Source of the DNA: Candidatus Hodarchaeota archaeon
Lineage (GTDB): Archaea; Asgardarchaeota; Heimdallarchaeia; Hodarchaeales; Hodarchaeaceae
Reading direction: 5' to 3'
Assembly (NCBI GenBank): GCA_016840035.1
Contig: JAEOTC010000016.1
Coordinates: forward strand, 1 to 30,621
Length of the DNA: 30,621 bases
Part shown: positions 8,051 to 18,400 of the stretch, piece after piece
How positions within the stretch are numbered: position 1 is the first letter of the stretch
Layout of the letters: every line of letters starts with the position of its first letter
Translations under genes and position numbers: made by a program
The notes under the pieces: model-generated
Told to the model about the DNA's origin: nothing
The model's database searches: none
The model's input: the letters and a program-made list of their open reading frames with translations, nothing else

Positions 8051-10390
8051 CTAATTTCTTCTATCTTTTTTTGAATATAGAGTAAATATAATTCCTAATA
8101 AGGTGACTATTGTCAATGGATAGTTTGTTGTTCGAGAAATATCAGTTGAAGTAATTGTTCCCGTAGGTACAAAAGATGAGGTGACTGATTGGGTAGTAGA
8201 GCCTCGGTTTACCCCAGAATTGGAAACCAATATGGTTTTATCTAACATTCCATAGGAGATCAACCCAGTTGCGCTTTGAGCTATCACACGCAAATGATAA
8301 GTTCCGTCAGCTAATTGATTGGTATTTAATTCAACACTTAGTTCCGAGGTCTTTAACTCAATAGGTTTCCAGAAAATTTGTTCTTTTGAATAATAAACCG
8401 AGTATGTTACTTCTGTATTATGGGAATCGACTGACTGTGACCAATGTATTGTCAAAGTTTCTGACACTTGAGAACCCTGAAAAATAGCTAGAAAAGGATT
8501 TGGAGTAGTCAGTATGTGGTTTATCGGAGTGGTCTGTGGGAATGGGTCAGAGTTATTATCGCCATCTATGAGATATGGTAGATCCACTATGCCGTCTTCA
8601 TTATCATCAGGGGTAGTAAAGTCCTTCCAATAATTATAACTAAAATTGTTATTATCAGAAGAAGTATCATAGGCCTGTGATGAAAGCCCCTCGTGGTTAT
8701 CTACAAAATTATTGTACAAAAACTGATTATTAGTTGACAAACTGCTAACAGATACTCCATATAGCCGAAATTTCTGGATTGTGTTGTAGATAAAGGTATT
8801 TTCTTGGGAATTATGAACCTCCATTCCGTAATCGCTGCTGGAAGACGAAGAATTATATGATTGGGCAATTAGAATATTATCTCCAATCAGAGAATTAATC
8901 GTGTCAACTAAGAAAATTCCTTGAGCACCATTGTTAATGAATCTATTCCCTGAAACAATAATATTTTCGGAGTTAACAATTACGATTCCTTGAGAACATC
9001 CTTTTATCGTATTATTCACTATATAACCATTTTTAACATTGTCTAGTATTATCCCCATTCCCCCAAAATTGATATTTATTCCATCGAAAATACTATTTCT
9101 TAAGATAAACCAGATGTCGGTGTTGGTAATACTAATGATCGTAGTGCGATTATTTCTAATGTGTAATTGTTCTATGATGTAGGGATTCTCTCGTGTCCCA
9201 TTTCCTGGGAACCAAAAGTTTTCAAAATCATTATTAGAGGAAATTTGGATGGGGGACAATTTCAATCGTTTATTGATAACATCGAAGGTAGGGAGATAGG
9301 AATCCTTATTACTATTTATTTCAAGAATATCTATGGTACCTTCATCTTGACATACGTAGATTCGAGAACCATTGATATGTACGTTGGTCGTATATTGAGT
9401 AGTATTAACTTTGAACGTTCTGACGGGTGAAGAGAGGTTACTGATATCGAGTACTTCTAAACCATCATTTCCATCTGCTAAATAAGCTACAGATCCATTC
9501 AGTGATAGAGCATTTGCTTCTCCCATACCCTCACGATATTTATTAATAAGGGATGGATTATAGGGATCACTAACATTGTAAAATTCCAATCCATCAACGG
9601 AATCTGCCACAAAGACGATATCCTCTTTTATTGCAATATTTTCTCCTCTCCCACCATCACTTATACTACTTATTTCCACTGGGTTCAAAGGATCCGAAAT
9701 ATCGATAATTTCGAACTCTCCCGATGTTTCAATTACGTAGGCATATGAATCGTTTACTACCACTCCTTTTGCATTCCCTCCATCATTCCAACGTCCCACT
9801 CCTTCAGGCCCGGAAATATCACTTACATTTATTACTTGTAATCCTCTAAAGTCATCAGCTAAGTATGCATATGAACCTTGTACAGCTACATCTTGAGGAT
9901 TGGTGTACGGTGGGTCTTCATTCAACCACAAGATTCCATACTTGAGCAAATTGGTGGGATCACTAATATCATAGATCTGTAATCCATCACCATGATGTGC
10001 TACGTATAATCGATTATCTACAATCTCTATCCCATTCCATTTTCCACCAGGCCAGTCGTGAAATACTTTTCGTGGTTTTGTAGGATCTGACACCTCTAAT
10101 ACCTTAATACTATCGTAAATATCTGCAACAATAAGGTGATTTCCATATGATGCTGTTTCTGAGATGCAATTCGAGCCTTCCACATAGCGACCAATAAGGG
10201 TAATATTATTTATATCAGTTACATTTACTATTTGATCTTTGATTACCATATTACTTGTAGTCTGTTTTAGTTCCTCTGTCCGCAAATTCGTATTGAATGA
10301 TGTCAAACTATCACTATGGAATAGTCCTAATCCATTAAAAACGAGTAAAGTCGTAAGTACAATCATATAGGGTCTAATATTGGGATTCAT
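8051..10390 (-). CDS. Surface protein: LVIVD-repeat beta-propeller + NosD-like beta-helix + FN3-like domain + C-terminal anchor
   Basis: About 7 LVIVD repeats (YVAHHGDGLQIYDISDP, YLADDFRGLQVINVSD, YLADGNDGLEVLDISN); FPGNGTRENPYIIE cap and beta-helix coils; NYWKDFTTPDDNEDGIVDLPY; FN3-like IHWSQSVDS...YSVYYS...DGTYHLRVIA; T/S linker + TM + KKDRRN. Confidence 0.88.
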   Translation of the reverse strand: MNPNIRPYMIVLTTLLVFNGLGLFHSDSLTSFNTNLRTEELKQTTSNMVIKDQIVNVTDINNITLIGRYVEGSNCISETASYGNHLIVADIYDSIKVLEVSDPTKPRKVFHDWPGGKWNGIEIVDNRLYVAHHGDGLQIYDISDPTNLLKYGILWLNEDPPYTNPQDVAVQGSYAYLADDFRGLQVINVSDISGPEGVGRWNDGGNAKGVVVNDSYAYVIETSGEFEIIDISDPLNPVEISSISDGGRGENIAIKEDIVFVADSVDGLEFYNVSDPYNPSLINKYREGMGEANALSLNGSVAYLADGNDGLEVLDISNLSSPVRTFKVNTTQYTTNVHINGSRIYVCQDEGTIDILEINSNKDSYLPTFDVINKRLKLSPIQISSNNDFENFWFPGNGTRENPYIIEQLHIRNNRTTIISITNTDIWFILRNSIFDGININFGGMGIILDNVKNGYIVNNTIKGCSQGIVIVNSENIIVSGNRFINNGAQGIFLVDTINSLIGDNILIAQSYNSSSSSSDYGMEVHNSQENTFIYNTIQKFRLYGVSVSSLSTNNQFLYNNFVDNHEGLSSQAYDTSSDNNNFSYNYWKDFTTPDDNEDGIVDLPYLIDGDNNSDPFPQTTPINHILTTPNPFLAIFQGSQVSETLTIHWSQSVDSHNTEVTYSVYYSKEQIFWKPIELKTSELSVELNTNQLADGTYHLRVIAQSATGLISYGMLDKTILVSNSGVNRGSTTQSVTSSFVPTGTITSTDISRTTNYPLTIVTLLGIIFTLYSKKDRRN

Positions 10391-10596
10391 CTTCTCTTTC
10401 CTTCATAAAAAATATCATTAAAATTAATTTCCGATATTGAGGGATGGAAACTAATAATGAATAGTTTCGTTCCTTTTCTGAGTTGCAACCTAAATATATT
10501 TTGTTAAATTATGTATTTTTTAACATCTCAATGAACAAGAAGTGCTGAATTTTATTTTTATTTTCGCAACAAAGAATACTAGATATTCAAAACCCC

Positions 10597-11928
10597 CTAA
10601 ACACGGGTTCCTGTCACAATCCAAGAGACATAAGAACAATCGAAACACATACCAGAATAAGAAGCGATAAAGGTTGCCTGCCAAGTATCTTCATCAATGA
10701 ATGTCCCAATCAAGCTGTATATCTCATCACACCCGCCGAAGTAAACAAATGTCACATCTATGACTCCATTTGAGGCAGTAGATCCCGTCATGTAACCTCC
10801 CCCATTTATCATTGGCTGTACTGTCAGTGTGGTCCCCGTGTCGACAAATGTGAACGAAGTATAGTAAAGATTCACAATGCCATATGCACAGTAATAATTT
10901 ATAATCGGACTGAGACTATAGGTTCCTGAAGCATTCACTTGAATAATCAGGGAATCATTTCCTGAGTTACCATACTCAATTCCATCAAAAGGAGTGACTA
11001 CACATTTCCATTCCTCCCCGACTCCTGTTCGATTTGATAGAATCGTTGCCCCTGTCTCATTTGTTAAATCGCCATTTTGAAACCACTCATAGATATATGC
11101 AATGCTATCATTATCCGCATCAATACTGGGTGTTATAACAATACATGTTAGATTATCATGAGTGTATGCAAAATCGGGCACGATAGTAACTTCTGGTCTG
11201 GTAGGAAGAGAATTCTCAGGGAGAGGGATTCCATCATCTTGGATGAGAATTAACGCATTCCCAGAGGACCCATAATCTGTTCCATCAAAGGGTGTCACCA
11301 CACATTTCCATTCCTCACCACTCTTTGTATGAATTGCGGATAAATTTCTTCCTGTAAACCCTGTTACACTTTTATTCTTAAACCATTCATAATGATACGA
11401 GATACTATCATTTTCTAGGTCAAAGCTTGGTACTAGGATGGTACATGTGATTGTATCATTACTATAGGCAGGATCAGGGGTAAGAGAAACTTCAGGTGCT
11501 GTTGGAGGAGTATTCACAAGCCCTTGAAATCGCTCCTGAATTACTGTTGTATCTGATCCTGGGTCACCATAATCTTGTCCATCAAAGGGAGTGACAAAGC
11601 ACTGCCAAATATCACCAATAGATGTTTCTGTGGCAGATACTGTTTCTAGTTCGATATTTGTTACACTCCCGTTTCGCACCCACTTATAGCTGTAAGTGAT
11701 ACTATCATTATCTATGTCAGTACTTGGTAGTAAGATGCTACATCTTAACCTGTCTTCATTATAGGAGGGAGAGGGACTGATAATTATTATTGGATCTGTC
11801 GGAGGAGTATTCCTACCATTTTGTTCGGAAAATTTAAAGATATTGGAAAAAATCATGTATGCACTAAATAAAGTTATTATTAAAAACACAGCACCGATTA
11901 CACTTAGAGATTTTCTATCTAGAGACAA
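10597..11928 (-). CDS. N-terminally anchored protein with three ~100-aa Cys/Trp Ig-like repeats and a Cys-containing beta-rich C-terminal domain
   Basis: N-terminal TM; repeats start at nt 11811, 11514 and 11214 (N-T/S-x-P-T-x-P...C-x19-W-x26-C-x-VTPFDG-x-x-YG); the terminal ~110-aa domain has 4 Cys. TTG start. Confidence 0.8.
   Translation of the reverse strand: MSLDRKSLSVIGAVFLIITLFSAYMIFSNIFKFSEQNGRNTPPTDPIIIISPSPSYNEDRLRCSILLPSTDIDNDSITYSYKWVRNGSVTNIELETVSATETSIGDIWQCFVTPFDGQDYGDPGSDTTVIQERFQGLVNTPPTAPEVSLTPDPAYSNDTITCTILVPSFDLENDSISYHYEWFKNKSVTGFTGRNLSAIHTKSGEEWKCVVTPFDGTDYGSSGNALILIQDDGIPLPENSLPTRPEVTIVPDFAYTHDNLTCIVITPSIDADNDSIAYIYEWFQNGDLTNETGATILSNRTGVGEEWKCVVTPFDGIEYGNSGNDSLIIQVNASGTYSLSPIINYYCAYGIVNLYYTSFTFVDTGTTLTVQPMINGGGYMTGSTASNGVIDVTFVYFGGCDEIYSLIGTFIDEDTWQATFIASYSGMCFDCSYVSWIVTGTRV
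10939..11811 (-). repeat. Three tandem ~300-bp coding repeats (Ig-like domains)
   Basis: Periods of 297 and 300 nt; shared WxCxVTPFDG motif, visible at DNA level as the ccatcaaa(a/g)gg(a/t)gt core on the + strand. Confidence 0.85.
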
Positions 11929-12464
11929 GGAAATTCCCTATTCTTTTTATTTTCTATTATTCTCTGGAAATATCCATTTTTCAATTCAGATAGTACTAAT
12001 TCTTTCTGTTCTACGTTTATAAGATTATCTTTCCTGTCCCAGATATAGCTTCCATCTATTCAGTAGACTAATTCCTCCAAAATACCCTAATTTTAGGTAG
12101 AATTAAATAAGAATAGTCCAATTGACGGTGTAAAGGATGAGTAATGTAATGAATTCGTTGGGAATCCTTTACTTCCCTTCTCATCCTTTTTTTTCTCATC
12201 GAATTACTGAACCAATCTAGTGATTTGTTTTTTACATAAATTCGGAGTTTTTCTCTAGATAGCAATATAAGTAGGTTATCAATATTCTAGTTACCGATAA
12301 TGCAATTTCTAGAATCTTAGAGTGATTTTATGGAATTGTAGGGAATTGCTGTCCTTCAACAGTATGTGAGAGATCAACAATTCCGACAAAGTCGATCAAT
12401 TGTATGTACGGGCTCAATTTATTGAATACAGCATCCATCGGTGTTTAAAAACTGGTTGATGATA

Positions 12465-15400
12465 ATGAAAGCCCTAATTCTATCCTCATTTCTTGTTTTA
12501 TTGTTTATTCCTGGACTAACAATACTTCATATTCCTTTAAACGAAAGCACTCAAGATGTTGCTACTCCTCTTGTTGAGCTGAACAGTATACGAAAGGTAG
12601 ACGTGTCGTTAGTAGGAAACGTATATCTATCTCAACCTGGTATCGTGAATGGAGAAATGGTTGAAATTTACGGAAAGATTCGTAATAATGGTGGTTTTCA
12701 AGTTACTTCTTATGTTCTCTTTACTGTGAAAAATTCGAGTTGGAAGCAGGATATTGCCAGTCAAAAAATTACTCTTACTCCAAATGAAGAGCAATATGTT
12801 AAAACGTCATGGATGGGAGTTGAAGGAACATATGAAATAAGTATTCAGGCAAAAGTGATAAATTATAGAGATAGTGTACCTGAGAATAATATAATCACAA
12901 CTGTCTTTAAAGTTGCTCCAGAACAATCTACCAGTATGTTTCTAAGAGACAATAGTGATACGAATGATCATTCTATGCAAGAAATGAATGAAGATATTGT
13001 AGATATCTCAATAATGGAGAAAAATAATTATTATTCTATTTATGAAATTAAACCCGGGGATTCACAAGTATTAGATTTAACTATTATTTCACATGACATT
13101 ACAGATGAATTCCGAGTAATTGTAGGAGGGATTACTAATGGAATTAGGGTGGACCCCGATCAGTGGATCTTACCATTATTTAAGGGAGAAGAAGTAGACC
13201 TTCAAGTAAAGATATCTGTTAGTCAGGACCTTAACGTTGGAAGCTCTCATACTGTAGAATTACTTTTATATCGATCCTCACATCCATCAGATATTGTTCA
13301 GAAATCTTTTGATTTCCTGATTGTATCAGATTATACACAAGATTCAGAAAGTAATACTGAAGATCAGAGCTCCTCCTCGGTTGATAACTCTCAAAACTCC
13401 CCAATAAATGCAAGTATACATTTCTCAATTCTCTCGATTTCTGAAGTTAATCCTCCTATTATTGGTAATATAACCCATGATCCTACATATCCAAGTATCT
13501 TTCAAAATGTTACCATTATTGCAGATATCATTGATGAGAGTACCCTACTGAACGCGACTCTATTTTATTCATTTAATGAGGGGTCGACTTGGTTAAATAC
13601 TTCAATGTTACCAGGTGCACTGAACAGTTGGTCTGGGGAAATAATCACACCAGGATATGAAGAAAACGTTACATATTTTGTCCAAGCTTTTGATAATTTT
13701 ACCAATTCTGCATCATCCTCACAGTATTCTTTCTTATTTGATAATTCACCCCCAGTCATAGGAGAGGTGCAAATCGATGATAATACCCCTAACTATCAAC
13801 AAAATGTGACGATTTCTACTCAGATTAATGATCAGAGCCCTTTAAGGAATGTAACCCTATACTATTCATTTGATAATGGCACCACTTTTATCCCGATTAA
13901 TATGACGGGTAGTGCAGGAACAAGAACCTATGTGAAGGATGTGCTATTGGTGGTCTCAACAAGTGGTCAATATACAGATTATCTATCCCGCAATCTATTC
14001 ACTTGGGATTCGATAACTGCCTCCACATTTTCTTCTATTACAATTTCCACCCTTAGTCAATATAGGATTTTAATCTTAGAACCAAACTGGGTTTCTTACA
14101 CTTATCTTCGAAATGGTCTTCTCACAGTCAACCAAGCCCTTGATGATTTCTCACTTGTAGTTTCCATTCGAGTTGCTGGGAATCAAGGATCCCAAGCTGA
14201 TATAGACTTTCTTGGAACCGATTACGACAGAAGTATCACTCATATTGTTGAAACAATTGTTGATAGCAATCACCCATTTATTTCTGGAGCTCCTTGGAGC
14301 GGAAGTCCAATAATTGCTTCATATTTCAATTCTTGGAGTAGTACAGATCATGGATGGCTTTATAATCTTCCCGCTTCTCAAGAAGGTTATACAGAGATAC
14401 TTCAAAACGCCAATGGAATATCCATGTTTGAATACTCATATAAAGGATCCCATATCCTTCTTGACACATTAACATCCATAGATGGAGGTTGGGGAAGTGG
14501 AAACGACTTTGTGGCTGATAACTACATCAATTATCTCAATTACACCTATTACCAGTTAACACCAGGTTATCAGGCGACTATTCCAATTGCACCTGTAAAT
14601 ACTCTCGTCCAATATTACATAAATGCTATAGATATGGTTAATAATTCTGCTATCTCTGAAACTAATTCCTATTTCTCTGATGGTTCTATTCCCCAAATAA
14701 GCAATGTAACCGAAACAACAGTTGTATCTGAACTTGATTCTCTTACGATTAATGCCACAATTAGTGATAATTGGGCTTTAGATAATACTACAGCCATTCT
14801 TGTCTACACGTATGATAATACTACATTCTATCAAACTTCGATGACATTGATATCTGGTAATGAGACGTATGCTATATTTCAAGCAGTCTCACCTGTTACT
14901 ACCCAGTCAATTGTTTTCTATTCCATACAAGTCATAGATCTCTCTGGTCTACAAGGGTCTTCTGGTAACTTTTCCTACCTCGTAGATCATATGCCCGTCT
15001 TGAATTCTCAGTTGACGATTCCTACTTACCCTCAAGCCAATCAATCAGTTACTATTAACGCTACAGTTAGTGATGATTATGGAATCGCATCGGTTATCCT
15101 GCATTATAATAGTAATTCTACTTGGGACCAGATTAGTATGAATTTGAATCAGGGAATATATCAGGCGACCATTCCTGCAACAATTAACGATACAAATGTC
15201 GACTATTTCATTTCTATAACTGATACATTTGGTCATCAAATAAATTCGTCAAATTTTAATTATCACTCTGACGGACTAGCTCCAAGCTTTACCAGTATAA
15301 CTCACACACCGATACAGCCAAATGCTGATGCTCCTGTTCTTGTCCAAGCTATTATCACAGATTCAAGTGGTATTCAAAATGCTTCCCTGTCCTATTCTAC

Positions 15401-18400
15401 TGACGCTGGTTCTTCATGGACGAATCTCTCCATGGGCTTCAACCTAGGGTCTTGGGAAGCATCTATCCCCGCACTCAACCAATCTATTCAAGTAAATTAC
15501 TTTGTAACTGCTTATGATCAAGCAGATATTATGGGTGAATCAAATCAAACAATTTTTGATACCGATGCCGATTCTCCCCAAATATATAACCTTACAGAGA
15601 TCGGAGTCGTTTCAGAATTATCCAATATCCCCATCAATGTGACCTTAACTGATAATTTTGGTGTAGATTCAAGTAATGTCCTTTTATTGTATTCTTATGA
15701 TAATAGTAGCTGGTTCTCAACAGCCATGAGCCTAATTATGGGTGATACACTTAATGGTACATATAATGGTAATTCTCCCTCTACTAGTCAGAACATGGTA
15801 TATTATTATGTACAAGTCTTTGATTTAAGTGGTCGTTCCAATATCTCCTCAATTTTGACTTATACAATTGACCACCAACCTGTTGTGATTCTCGATCATA
15901 TTGAACCTCTTTATCCCTCTCCTCTTACTGATGTTAATGTTTATGCAAATATTACCGAAGATGTTGGACTTAATCAAGTAGTTCTCTATTACAATTATAA
16001 TACTACTTGGCAACAAACTCCAATGGCTAATGTCAGTAATCAATTTACTGGAACTATCGGATTTACAAATATGGATACTCAAGTCTCCTATTATGTCTCT
16101 GTTATTGATTCCTTTGGTCATATGGTCAATTCTTCAACTCAATTGTTTTATGTAGATGGATTACCACCCACAGTTGAAAATATCAGCTACGTCCCCACAT
16201 TTCCAACCTATACTGAAAACGTTACCGTAAAGGTAGATCTAGTTGATAATCAAAATGTTTACAACAGTACCTTATATTATACAACCAATGGTACTTGGAT
16301 TGGAGTAAACGTCTCTATCCCCCAAGCCAATACCGTAACAGGAAGAGATCCCACATCAGGGGAGTATTACGGCATTACTCAGACGATGGATTACGATTCT
16401 GGAGACCTCAAGCGTCTTTCTATTTATGTATATTCTTCTGATTCTGACACTTTGTATGTGACCCTTTGGGGATTCCGAATGGATACTGAAGTTTGGGAGC
16501 AATTCCATTATTCTGGATCTCGTGGTACAGGAAACTTACCTGAATTTAACTGGGCAACTCCAATATATGACCAATGGCGTATCCAGATCTATGATTCCGA
16601 AAGTAACGATTATTTTTACTATTCATATGAATACGATTATCAACCAGGGTATTCTACCACAATTCCTGCAACGAATTCTAGTTCAACTGTCCAGTTCTAT
16701 ATAGAAGCATTTGATTATGCTGGAAATAAAGGAAATTCCTCTCTTTTCAGCTACTTTACTGATGCTGATGCCCCAAGTTGGTCAAATATTACCATTGTAT
16801 CTACTGTTTCTGAACTAACCAATGTTCCTATAAATATCACCATTGGTGATAACGTAGCTGTGAATACCAGCCTAGTGATAATGTATTACTCGTATAATCA
16901 ATTAACCTGGTTTAGTACTCTAATGACGCTTACTTTGGGATCAAATATCACGGGTACTTACACTGGCAATATTCCTGCAACAAGTAATTTCGTCGTTTAC
17001 TATTATATTAATGCTTCAGATATAAGCGGGTTAACAAACCAAACTTTAACATTTAACTACACCATAGATCATGTACCCATTCTCAATGAAGTTAGGATCG
17101 ATCCTCTCTACCCTAATCCTTCTTCATCTCCGACGATTTATATGAACATTACCGATGATTCTAGCCTCAGTTCTGTGAAGTTGTCCTACGAATATATTGG
17201 TTCGTCAGGAACACTTAATATGACTGAAAACAGTGGATTATATGAAGCTTCCATCCCTGCTACGGGAATTGATAGTTTGGTGAATCTCACATTTATTATT
17301 GTCGATAGTTTCGGACATAATCTCACAAATAGTGATTTTTCATATTTCTCTGACGGGCTTTCCCCTATATTCCGAACGGTCCAAACTATTCCTGCATATC
17401 CCAACTATCTACAAAATGTAACAGTAGTGGCTGCATTTGATGATGTCAACGGTATGAGGAATGTTACATTATACTACCGAATGAATTCTGGTATTTGGAA
17501 CTCTCTTATTATGAATGGTACCGTCGGAATTGATGCGGGGAATCCTGCAACAGATGTCTTACTTATCTCTCATGGACAGGATACCTCATATTTAACCCGA
17601 AATGGATATACTTTTGATTCAATAACAGAATTTCAATTCTCGACCATTACAACTGTTACGCTATCTCAGTATAGAATTCTCATTCTTGAACCCGATTGGT
17701 CAAATTACGCTTACTTAAGAAGTGGACTTGTTGTGGTTGATCAAGCTCTTGATAATTCATTATTGGTGGTATCCATCCGAGTTGGAGGTAATGCTGGTTC
17801 TCAAACGGATATCGATTTTCTAGGAACCGATTATTCTCAAACAGCTTTCTCAAATGTGGAAACGATTTTAGAATCGAATCATCCTTTCATAACTGGTTCT
17901 CCCTGGGGAGGAAATACATTGTTGGACTCTGATTTTAATTCTTGGGGTTATACCGATCATGGTTGGTTATACAATCTTCCTATTTCCCAACAAGGATACA
18001 CTGAAATCCTTCAAAATGCCAACGGTATCTCCATGTTTGAGTATAGTTACAAAAACTCACACATTTTGGTAGATTCTCTGACTTCTATTGATGGAGGTTG
18101 GGGTACTGGAAATGACCCTGTTGCTGACAACTACATTAACTATCTCTATTACCTCTATTCAATATTTATTCCTAGCCATTCTGCCACAATTCCAGTTGCT
18201 CCTGCAGATACAATAGTCGAATACTATATAGAAGCAACTGACCTAGCAAATAATTCTGCAATGTCAGGACTTTATACCTATCTTGTTGATGGAGGTGCTC
18301 CTCAAATAAATGATGTTACTCAAGTTATGGACACTTCCCAACTTGATTCTGCCGTGATTAATGCAACGGTAACAGATGGATTAGGTGTTGATAACAGTAG

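Noticed and set aside
2975-9430. Short alternative-frame or antisense ORFs inside the beta-helix, GH4, DUF11-like and LVIVD genes
   Set aside because: All are fully nested in longer motif-bearing genes and are typical shadow ORFs.
12068-12265. 65-aa basic ORF on the minus strand in the divergent intergenic region
   Set aside because: TTG start, no recognisable domain, and a composition expected from AT-rich non-coding DNA. It cannot be supported, though it is not excluded.
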